Shown: positions 10,401 to 22,400 of the stretch, piece by piece
How the letters are laid out: each line of letters starts with the position of its first letter
Position numbering within the stretch: position 1 is the first letter of the stretch
Assembly: GCF_964204645.1 (NCBI RefSeq)
Contig: NC_134032.1
Location: 10,342,275 to 10,406,274, forward strand
Direction of reading: 5' to 3'
DNA length: 64,000 nt
Source: Tubulanus polymorphus
Taxonomy: Eukaryota > Animalia > Nemertea
Translations under genes and position numbers: made by a program
The notes under the pieces: model-generated
The model's input: the letters and a program-made list of their open reading frames with translations, nothing else
What the model was told of the DNA's origin: nothing
Database searches by the model: none

Positions 10401-13400
10401 CAAGCGACGCGACGCCTACCGAACTGGGAGCAACCGCGAGCTCAGCCCAGCTTATGTCGCCTGCGCTCCGATTTCCAGCAACTGAGGCCGACTAGCGGGA
10501 TACGAAATCCTCCCGGTTGCTTCCCTTTAAATTTAATTTAAATAATTGTGAATGAATATACGATAAGACCAAGGCGTCAATAAACTTGCAAGTTAGTTTT
10601 CTTGTTTCGTTAATGCGTACCTCGGTTTCAGATCGAATTTTCCTCGATAGTTGTAGCCGCCCAGTTTGACCTCGACCCGTTTACCCTGAGACTGTTTGAT
10701 GAGATATTTACAGCGCACCGACGGCGGGTAAATACCCGGATATCCGGGCGATACCAGGTGACATCCGTACTCGGTTTCACAGTCAGCCGCGTCGATTACA
10801 AAATCACACACTGCAAATGAAAATCAGCGTCACATAATATATGGGATTACCGGACCCAGTTCCACCATATTCCGGGTCCACAGTTCCACGATATAATTGT
10901 GAGTTGTCAAAGTGTCAACCAAACGTCTTAGAACTGGGATTCAGTTTCACAGCTGTGTCATAGATATAGCTCGGCCTGGACCCAGTTCCACAGTTGTGAG
11001 TTAAGATTGGACCTAAAGTTAACTCCCGAGTTAGAATTAGTTCATTTTCAAAGAGTTAACTTTAAATCTAATGTTAACTCACAACACTGTGGAACTGGGT
11101 TAAAGTGAACTCATTGAAAACGAACTAATTCTAACTCGGGAATTAACTCTAAAAGTCACAACTTTGGAACTGAACTGAATCTGGAACTTTGGAACTGAAT
11201 CCTGTAGTCGAAATAAGTTTATTTCCAATGTTTTGACATCTAGAGTCATATTTTAACTAGAAACTGGAAATATGACCAAAAAATCGAGCACCAGTTCCAG
11301 TCTATCTGGGGTTTAAGGTTCAGAATTAACCTAAAGTGCAAAATATGAAACTGGTGATGTACAACTGTCTGGTTGAATACTTACGGGTGCCTTTCACTCG
11401 TCCAGTACCAGGGAAATAATTACCATACGTAAGTTTTATATCGAAACTATTCGATTCGTCTGCAACGAGAATTTAAATAGAAACGACTGTCGGACATCAT
11501 CTACTAAACGAAATAGCAATTTAGGCTTGCGAGTTCCGCGATCCCTTTGAGCCGGCCATGTTTCGCGGTGGGTTTAGCGGTAATTGACGATCGTGCGGAA
11601 AGGACCCATCTACTGAAACTGCCATCCCTTCTGGGAGTCTCTGAACGAGAGCAATCTGATGACGTTATTTGGGATTCGAGCCTACGAGAGTTATCTTATT
11701 TTTTGTACAGGGTATGGGGAAAGTTCATGATGTCATTGATGTTTTTATAGAGGCATCCATCTTTTCAGGAAGGGTCAATTTGGAATCCGATCCACGGCAC
11801 CTCCATAAATCCCCTAACTCTCCTATAGACATCAAAGATTCCGGGTCATAATACCTCCGCCCCAAAATATATCCACCCAAATATCCCACTACCACAATCC
11901 CTCCACCCAGAATGCCCTCACATGTGCCGAAAATACATCAGGCCCTAGATCCTAGTGGGTTTATGGCGGGAGGATGAATAAGGAATGTATTTGCGATATG
12001 ATTTTTGGGAAGGATATTTTTTTCGAAACTTAGATTTGCGTGCCAGACTCATTATTGAAATAAACCCAATTTCCAAAGTGAATTGCTTAAAAGTAGTCAA
12101 CAGTAAGGATTTGTGTAGGTATCTAGTTGTAATCATGGGCAATTGAATGCATCATTGGAGGAGTCAATACGAGTTACACACGGTAACGACGTCATTAGGG
12201 GATGTGCGGAGGGATATTCAACGTACCTGGTTTGATGAATTTAACTTCCATTTGAAAGTCGACGAGCGAGTGCGCCGAATCGACGTGGAATACGACTTTG
12301 CATATATTTTGCGACGAGACGCGTTTGACCATGATTTTACGCACGTCGTTGTACCTGCCGCACAGAGTGGTCGGCAGATAGCGGTTCGGGTAGAGCTTGT
12401 CTCCGTCGTAAATCAACAACCGTCCCCCGATACAACTAGCGAGAGAAAAAGAACACGTGACCGTTAGATCGGTATGTAGCGTGAAGTGTGAATGATCGGT
12501 TTTCCTTGGACCCAGACTGAGTATCAAAGTGACCTTAGTAACCAATCTGAGCGCTGGGCCATTTCCATAGTCTGGGCTTAGACTTAAGACCGTTCTGAGA
12601 CCAACTAAGTTCTATAGCCAATCGGAGAACAGTCTTAAGATTTAAGACCTCTTATGTCTTAAGTATTGACAATATGGGACCGACCCCGGGTGACAACCAT
12701 AATAGTAACAATGAGTCATAACTGATACAATTCAAAATGTTCCCATGGATTCTTTTGCTTCCACACCTATGAAACCAAGCCCCGGTGTTTTTAGTTCATT
12801 TTCAATAAAGAAAAATATCATAGGTGAAGTCCTGAACACGCGTGAAGCGTGGACGATCGGTTGTTCAATGTATATTGGGCGATCTATGGAGTTGAGGGTA
12901 AGAAGGCCTTATGCATCAAAGCACAAACACCGTCTTTGAACCAACAAGTCTTTGATCACGGTTATACATCACAGCTGTGCAACCTTACTTTTGGTGAGGC
13001 CTTACCCGGTTAGTTTTTTTACTAGGGTAAAATTCTACCCCGAGTTGGTATCAAATAGCGAGTAAGAGTATATAAAATACAGTAGGCTCTGTGTCATACT
13101 GCGGTTAAGTTGAGACTGGTAGAAATCTACCCCGAGTTGGTTCCAAATATTGAGAGATAATTTGAGAAATACTGTAGATTCTTTCTATACTCGGTTAAGT
13201 TGAAAGCGGGCTGAAATACTGACGTATAGGTATTTACTAATTTTTGTTTGGAATTATAAAATACCTTCCAAGGTTTTCGTCCCATCTGCCGGCGAACAGT
13301 CTTGTGACCTTGACAACGACGATTTGGTCGGATTCACCTTCAAACAGCATCCAACAGTTGATCGGTTTATTCGTGTCCAGTCCGTTCACTTCGCCCAACT

Positions 13401-16400
13401 GGGCGTATACGATTTGCGCATCTGGGTCGGATCCACTGAATGTGCGGTTACAATACTCTATAAAGAGATAGATTGAAATTAAAATGTAGCGAAATGATTT
13501 TCTGAAATGATAAAATTCTCATCCGCTGATGGGTCCAGCTGCACCGTCGCGGAATCTAATGTTTAATGGTTCTGACTCTAATGAGGACTGGTTTTAATTG
13601 TTAATAGTTGCGACTATAATATGCCCAGTCTTGATGAATACCATTGAGACAAAACGCACAATCTGAGTTTAAACAACTGCTATTGTTTTCTCTTTAACGT
13701 TTCGGGTGGAGCCCATCAACCCATCTTAAAGAGTTTTCTTGAAAATGAAATTTCAAATTTTCAAATGGACTCTAATGATGGGTGGAAGGATACGTAAGGA
13801 AAAAACAATAGAAGTTGCTGAAATTTATGGTTGGTTTTCTCTCAAAGAACGAACATTAAATGGTTGACAGGTCATTGTTGGATTCGCTATATAAACCAAA
13901 GTGGTCTTAATTTAATAGACCGATCTTAAGGTGTTATACTATGGATATGGACTTAAAATGAGGGTAGATTGGTTTTAAGATGCTGGTTGCACATGTACAC
14001 ACGAACCAAATATCAACTTATTATGGATTCGATTAAGTCGTTAAAGAAAGTCGTTAAACCTAAGCCTTGACTTGCCCCAGTTAGTTAAACCCATTCAAAG
14101 TAAGCCAAAAATGACACAACGTCGGAAAATAAAACTGCTAATATTGTCTAGAATGTTCGCCCTTTATTGTCTTCCAGTCTTTAACGTATATACCATACAT
14201 GAAACATCTAATATTTTTTGGTATATTTTCTGTTTAGCACAACAAACACGATCAAAACAATTGTCGCCGTTACATACGTAAATATATATACAGTGACCAC
14301 CGGGGACCAAGTAAAGCTTTTAACAGCACTAAGAAAGCGTTTTTAGCTCGAGATCACGTCTGCTATTAGCCATAAACAGAAGAGGGATAATGTGTCTACG
14401 TACGTATACATATATACAGTTCGTCTGTTGAAAATGTCGCGTTGAGGGATTTTTTTTATCGAACATTAACTCCCCTCGTGCAGGTTGCGGATCATGAACT
14501 GTAATTACTTTTCGAATTTAACTCGCAAGTTCTCCTGAGTGTACGTCGCGCCGCAGCGTCGGCGCACTGGTTCCGGTTGTCTTGGGATTCTGGAAGGGGG
14601 GCAGAATGTCGATGCGCCCGAAGCGAAAATGGTATATATACAGGACCAAACTAATCTCCCTAACTGCGACCGGCTGAGATGCCTACCACAACTAGTCCAA
14701 GGGTAATGTCTAAAATACCACTGTGGAGCTGGTCCAAGTCCTAGAAATACAACTGTGGAACTGGTCGAAAGAGCAAGTCCCAAATCCATGCGGAACTGGT
14801 CCAAGTATCAAAGCAACAACTGAGTAACCGGTCCCAGGGAAATTCTTGAATCTACAACTGTGTATATCTGGCTGGGGAGCATTCATTTATATCTATTCGA
14901 GATTTAACGAACACGCAATACATTAATGATCCCTCAGGAGGGAAGAAAAGATTCTGAAAGCAATGCTCGAGAAAGAGCCTAAAAATATGAAACTGGATTC
15001 GGAAAAGCTTGTGCGCAGATTACCAACAGAAAGATGACACCGGTAACAGAGAAAAAAGAAACACCGTCCAAGATTTAACGATTCGGGTTTTTGTGCGGAT
15101 CAACCAGGGGATTGTCGACGGATTTAAACTGACTTTTCTTCAAACTAAACCACGTGTTCGGATATCTGGACCGTCTGCTGGAGAATTTGACTCAGAATTT
15201 GCATCTGTTTCTAGGCGCCGTGTCATTGTTGACTCACCCGAGGGTGTATTGTTGCTAACGAGTTTAGCAGACGATGATTTTATCCAAACGTGAAAATCAG
15301 AATCGTCTGAAAAAATATTCGGTGCAACCGTTCTTTTCTCTCGGTTTGACTGTAGTAGTTGATCGATGTCTCATTGTTTTCAGGCCCTGAGTCAAACTTA
15401 GCGAAAACGCTGCAACTGACTCCGGCTATTCAAACCTCAAAAAGCACTAACAGCCTCACGAGGTTTGTGACCTCGTCGATAGTGCGTAGAAAATCTTCGA
15501 TCGAGTCCATTGAAATAGTTATTCTAAGCAGCCTCGTTGAGGCCAAAAAACCTGATTTAGGGGGTGGTCTCGGCCCCTCTGCCTTCCTTTTGCCCTTTTC
15601 GTCAGAACAGAGGTCGCTAAAACCTGTAAATTTGACGCTCACTCTCCCTCGGAAATTGAAACTTTCGGACTTATTCCTTCAAAAATATCTAAAAGAGGGC
15701 TTTGACTTGGCCTCTTCATTCAAAGAATGCCTATGACATTCTTTTCTTCTGGACCTTCCAATTTTCCAGATTCGCCCCTAAGTCCGGTAGACCCAGTCCT
15801 CCAGTTCAGAATAATGATTTTGATAAGAGTTACGTATATTCAATGGAAAGGTGGTTATAGCGACACATTTAACTAATAAACTGTTGAACTAACTCATGGT
15901 TAGAGTTTACCCTCAGTACCAGTTCAGTTTAGAAAATATGTCTTTTATTTTCTCATATAGGATGTAAAGCGTGGAGATCATTTTATAGTTCTACGCGATA
16001 TAAAAAATAAGATTATCATTTTCATTATCATCATTACTATTACCATTATCAGTTTTGAATTGTCAATGATCCATATAGGGGCCAGTTTGATGGCTTAGAT
16101 TTGACACTATATGCTACCAATCGACTGGTTAACTTTTAACTTTCCAGTAACTGGCCCTTGTGAGGCCCCCGATTTAGATTCTGGCCCGACATGTCTCATC
16201 GGATTATACACCTCGCATAAGGTTACGGAGCACATTATAACCGGCACCAAATTAGTCTCCTATTTCGCTCGTGGGTCTGTTTGGGGGATTATCTTTCCGC
16301 GGATAATCCACACCTTATGTTCGGATTAGCGCGTGCGCGAACGCGGTAAATAATGCGGCGATGTATTATCATCCTTGTTGCAACGCGTTGATGTCTGACT

Positions 16401-19400
16401 AGCGCGGCGCGTTGTTCGCCGATTAGACGCTGATTAGCGCAAAACCGACCGCGGTCGGAATCCCGGAGATGCGAGTTAGCAGCCACTTAGAGAGCTATCG
16501 GCTGCGTGTATCGTCTGCTAAAAACAGTGTTTACCCGTATCTTATCGTCGTCAAAGCTTATAAATATAAGATAAACTTCGACTTTATACAGTTGGGGAGG
16601 CTTTCTTGTTAGACGCGACCCCTGAATCGCGCAATAAATTCGACGAAGCACAGTGCGTTGTCACCGCGTTCACACAATTTGCATACGTAATACACGACAC
16701 ATTGTTGAATAATTGAAAATGAAAATTGCAATTTCGAGGCTCGAGAGAATGAAATTAAACTCACGACCGCAACTGTGGAACTGTCGAATTACACTCACGA
16801 CCGCAAACTGTGGAACTGTCAAATTAAACTCACACAATGTGGAACTGTCAAATTAAACTCGTGGAACTGTCAAAGAACCGTCAAATAAAACTCGCACGAC
16901 AGTAGAACAGTCAAATCGAACTCGTGGAACTGTCAAAGAACTGTCAAATGAAACTCACCCAACTGTGGAACTGTGAAATTAAACTCATGGAACTCTCAAA
17001 GAACTGTCAAATAAAACTCACACAACTGTGGAACTGTCAAATAAAACAAACACAATTGTGGAACTGTCAAATTAAATTCACACAACTGTGGAACTGTCGA
17101 ACTAAACTCAGACAACTGTGGAACTGTCAAACCAAACTCATACAACTGTGGAAGTGGCTCCAGAATCATATCCAACCGATGCGTAACTGGATTGTATAGT
17201 CAGATTAAAACCACATTATGTAAAATCTATACCATTTTATGATTTTAGAAATAGACTTCCGTCGGTTTTCTAGAAAAAGCGCGTCGTACTAAGCGGCTCT
17301 TTTCAAAACTGCATTCCGGTACGAGAGGGTAGCGCGTATAAGCGATCCTATTCACAGATCGTATGCGTATTCGTTACCTGGTGAAACCGCGGTCCACAGG
17401 GAAATCATCAGCATCCGAGCTGCAGTCCGTTACATTCGATACATAACTCTCACTCTCTCCCTCACCTCTCTCACTCTTCCTCGCTCCAATCTAACCCTCC
17501 CCGATTGAGCACAGACCCCCTTCAATCTCTCCCTCGAATACTTTATTCTGTCTCTAATCGGCCCAGGGTTAGATCGAGGGGCAGACTTTGTCAGGAACGC
17601 GATTAAATGAAAGGAAGCGCACAGTTAAAAAGTACGTATCCCCGCTAACGAAACGGGGGTCTGGAAAATTCAGTCTAAAATTCCAGTCAATTTGAATACA
17701 ATTTCCAGGCGTCTTGTGTGGCATTAAATTGAAACTTAGTCTGAAGTCTTGGGCAACTTTCCCAGAAAAAAATGCCGTGACGCGGAAAAGGTGCGACGGC
17801 ATCGAAAAGATTTTGAAAATGTAGGTATTTTAGAGCATATTGCTGCTTTAAGAAGTACTGTGGATCAATTTCGGATAGAATTTTTCTCATGTGGTTTTCA
17901 AAAGGGAACTTGGTCAGTGGAGGAGGAGTTCGCATTCCCCCCTCTCGAACTCAACTCTGGACCCGCGCCTGCGTGCTCCAATCTAGACCCACCACTGACG
18001 TGATTATACTCGTGTTTCCCCATTCATTATATCATCGATGAGAGGGTAATTACAACACTAGATGGCGCTGCTCGTACACTAATTAGTCTGAGTATTGTAT
18101 GCAGTGACATCAACTGAACGGATTTAAAGGCGAGGGAAGCAACATTCAGCGCGTATATGGCTGTAGGAGACACACAGGGCCAGCAAAAGTTTAACGCGAC
18201 GTACTTATGTGACGGCACGTATCGACTGCGAGCGCGCTCTTACAGGTCCATTTACATACTAAACACCACCAGCAACTAGGAGACAAGCAACCACTACTTG
18301 AACGACTGTGGATATTGAGGAACCGGCAGGGGCGGACCCTCCATCAGATGAAAATTCTAAAGGACTTGTCACATCCCAAAACGGTACTTGGATGCCGAAA
18401 AGACACTAAAATGCACTGATTACCTTCGTTGACAAAATGAAAAAGGGCACTAAAGATTTGATGGACTTGTGAAAGTCTCAGAAGTCCCTCTCCCTCCAAG
18501 AGTATCAACCCTCGCAAGGGTCACAAGTCAACTATCCTCACAGCTGTGGCGGGTGCTAGTGACTAACGGGTTCTTGGGCGAACTCACTTCGCATGTAGTC
18601 GATGTTCGCGAACTAAATGATACCGAATGTCATTTAGTCAGAACTAGTCCGAAAAATAGTGAACCACGTATCAACTGAGCAAGGTCGCTGTAGGTCCAAA
18701 CCTAGATCCGAGATGGCCGACAAGATCGAACTAACACAGTACGTTCGATTATCAGTACCGAGCACTGTCGATTAACCAACGAAAGTCGATGACCGTCCAG
18801 ATGGCCACATTTGGTAAAATATCAGAATCTATAGTGTTGCCGAGTCCACGTGGTTTCACAGGGGCCTGTAAACTGGCTGCCGCATCAAATACGACCACAT
18901 GCAAAAAGCGAAGCCGTTTTTCACCCCTTGCTATCTTAATACAGGAAGTCGTTGCGAACGCCTGATACTGACCCTTTACAACCAATTTCTTATATCGTAA
19001 CTCTATAGCGGATAAATAAACAATCTCAACACACGGTATTTGTGTGAAATTTCGAAAATTTATTTGCAGTTAACATTTTAGCGCCATTCTCGCGAGTTTC
19101 GACAACTCGGGTGTAAAATCGAAGCCAGTTTACGAGCCCCTGTGTGGTGTTTTAACGTTGCTGGTATTTTATCGATGGTTCATATCTCTTTAAGCGTGTA
19201 ACTAGTGATGGCTTCGACTCTCGTCTGCGATCAGCCAAGCGGTCAACAATAATGTCCAATGGACAGGCTATAAATCAATAAGAAATACAGCGAGAGACCG
19301 CGCTACTCTTCTTCAGTCAATGAATGAATTACTGTGAAATGCATTGCTTAGAACAACAGCGGGTGTTTAGTTCGCTTTTTCCATGGCTCGGGACTCGACA

Positions 19401-22400
19401 CCAGCGTACAAATTCCAAATATATGGTATAGGGAGGTTTTCCTACTATACGGCCAGGGCTTCGCCATTAAGTTCGAATCCCTAGGCGAAGAACGAGGCTG
19501 AGTCTCTTACGATGCCAACAGAGTTCGAATCTCTGCGATTGGGGAACGCGATGAGTCCCGCGATGCCGCCGACTGGGTTCGAATCTCTGGCAGAGCCTCC
19601 CGGTGTCATCAGGTTCAAATCCACACGAGGGAGGAACGTGGTAGAGTTCTGCACGATGCCGATAGAATCCACGCGAGAGGAGCGCGTGGCAGAGTTCCAC
19701 ACGATGCCGATAGATTCCACGCCAGAGGAGAGCGTGACAGAGTTCCACACGATGCCATCGAGTTCGAATCCCAGCCGAGAAGGAATGCAATACACCAGTT
19801 GCTCGCTGCAACACTGCAGTATACCAGTATCCATTGACAGTTGTATTTTTAAGTATTCCGACCCACGACCGGCATCGGGTCCCGATGGGCTAATCGTTTC
19901 GTCAGGAATGGTCTGGTTTTTATCATCGCTCGGAGACCGGCGCGGATTAGCGGGCTCGCTCGGTGCATCGTGCGAAAACATAAAGACGAGCCGTCCATAA
20001 AATCATATTAGTATTTCCACGAAGAGACCTGTGCGGAATAGCGACGAGTGTATTGCGGTGTTAACAAGCTGTCCGCTACAATTTGACCTCAGCGCAGTTA
20101 CAGTAGACCAGCGACAGTAACCGGAGAACCACTTCCATTGGATTCCCGGCCAAGACATTTTTGACACAAAAAATGACGCTTTTTGCGAGCTACTCGAGTT
20201 TCCCACGGCCTGTTACTAGGCCTAGCTCTCGAGACAATCGGCCGTATGGAGCCACCCTCTTAGACAATTCAAGTTTCAAGTCTAGTTTATTGCTCCAAAA
20301 AAGATATACAATTACAAGCAATCCTTTTAGACAATCTACAATTTCGAACCCCCCTCGCGACAAACGGCAGCATGGAGCCACCCTCCTAGACAATATGCTG
20401 CTTTAAATCACCCCTCAAGACAACCTGCAGCGTGGAACCACCCTCTTAGATAATCGGCACCACGGAACCACCCTCTTAGACAATATGCTGCTTATCGCCT
20501 CTCGAGACAATTTAAGCAGCAGCGCACTACACTGTCTCAGGTACAATCTGCAGCCTGTGACAATGTGCGCCCTGAAATCACCTATTCAGAACAATAGCAA
20601 ATCGATCCATAAAGATGGCTGCGCGGGGAACGCACTTATCTACATGTGTATCATGATGCCATTTCGAGAATGTACATGGGAGGTGGCCTACTTTTTTGGA
20701 AAAGACGTTGAGGCCATAAGGGATTTATAGGCGCACCATCTATCTTGACAGTTCTGTATATTGACAAGACAGCACTCATATCGTGTTAAGCCGTTTGAAA
20801 TTGGCCTGGACCATTTAGAGATTTTCATAGCCTCGATATTAACCAGATATCACGTCCATAAAACATGCCGTCGCAGGCAATAATTTACTGTGAACCCAGT
20901 CACATCGCAGTATCAGCAGTATCAGCAGCAGGAGCAGCAGCAGCGGCAGCGGTGCCAATCTAACTACGGCGTAGTTACACCAAATACAAATTTACACAGA
21001 CTAAATCAACACTGAACCGTTTAGCGTTTGTAAAGAGGCCGCGTCTGAAATGACAATGACGTTTTATTGTTACTGATCGATTCTCAGCAATAATTCATAC
21101 ACGATTTGAAATGTACACAACACACGTGCGTTTAGACAGCAGACGGCAAACGCTAAAAGCAGACACGGCTGTCGCTGTAATTTGTTCTTTTTTTTTGTTC
21201 ATGAAAAAATTTCCTCATATCAGAATAATCGGGAAGCATAACTGCGCACGTTTTTCGTCGCTTTTGTAGCAATCGATGAACGAAACTTCGTCAGTGTTCA
21301 GCTACGTGAATCTAAAAAACTTCAATTTCTATTATATTTTCTATCGGTTTGCAGTGGTACGAACCGCGGATGCCTCAACGGAAGCCGAGCCTAGATGGCG
21401 GTTGTTGCCTGCTACCTATCTAGTCCGTATTGTCTCAGCCTTCCATTTCTTTTTCTTTGCCCAGGCTTTCTCCCTCTTCCTCCTTTCTTACCTTCCCGGT
21501 CCGTTCCCTTTAAATCTCTTCTTGGTTTTCCCTGTCCCATGCTTCTTTACTCTCTTGCTGTTTTACTATACTCCTTCGCCTGTTGAGCCAAAACAGCATT
21601 GGAAAAATAGATTTGTACTGTCGCACACACTGGAATATGTGTCACTGAGCGCGTAAACCGAATACACTAAGATGAAGTGGCTCAGGTTTCGAAGTGGAGA
21701 TCATTTTGCAGGGTAGAAAGAAGAGGTACTTTTACTATATGCGGGGTAACTATTGATATTAGCGGAGATAACATCATATAAACATCATTAAAAAGTGAAT
21801 GAACAACTTATAAAAATGTAAGGGGTTAAATAGCGTAAGAAATAAATTACGAGGACGTAAGGATAGGAGAGAACAGAAAGGATTGTTGAAAGACGACGAA
21901 GGAATAAATTAGACATAATGAAGAATGCAGAATGGAATACAAGCACTAGGTTTTGGTTCAGGGGAGGAGAAGAGTATGGAAGAAAAGTCAAGAAGGAGAC
22001 GGCTAGAAGAAAGATTATGAGGGTGGGGAGGAACGCTTGAAAGAACAAGGGTAGCAAGGTCGAACATGATATCAAATAAATCGAGATCGAGAAAAACCAG
22101 GGTGTTGGTGTTTTTGGAACGTCGGGAAGAAGCGGGCCAAATTGGCACGAACGCAGTCATCATACAGCGATAGAAGGCACAGAAATCAGGAAGAGGCAGA
22201 ACTCTGGGTGCAAATCTCTCACCGTTTACGACCCGCATCTCTCACCCAGTCGCTGTGGAGAACAGTGTTACCATCAAACCGGCGTAGATAGATATTAATT
22301 AGTCTCGGTAACGCGGATAGAGCCAGAAACACCGAAAAATACATCTTACAGAACCGTACGCCGAGCGAGCTCTGTGTAGTACGATACAGGCGACGCTTCT

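Noticed and set aside
16924-17199. Repetitive ORF (QLWNCQIK)n
   Set aside because: Translation of a 30 bp minisatellite; the same applies to 25131-25406 and 30093-30512.
19467-20000. 162-166 aa ORFs on both strands as a nested gene
   Set aside because: Largely explained by a 42 bp-unit tandem repeat; no domain or flanking splice sites recognised.
21276-22238. Hydrophobic Leu/Phe/Ser-rich ORFs as membrane proteins (also 27641-28057, 40772-41041)
   Set aside because: Artefacts of pyrimidine/purine-rich low-complexity tracts.
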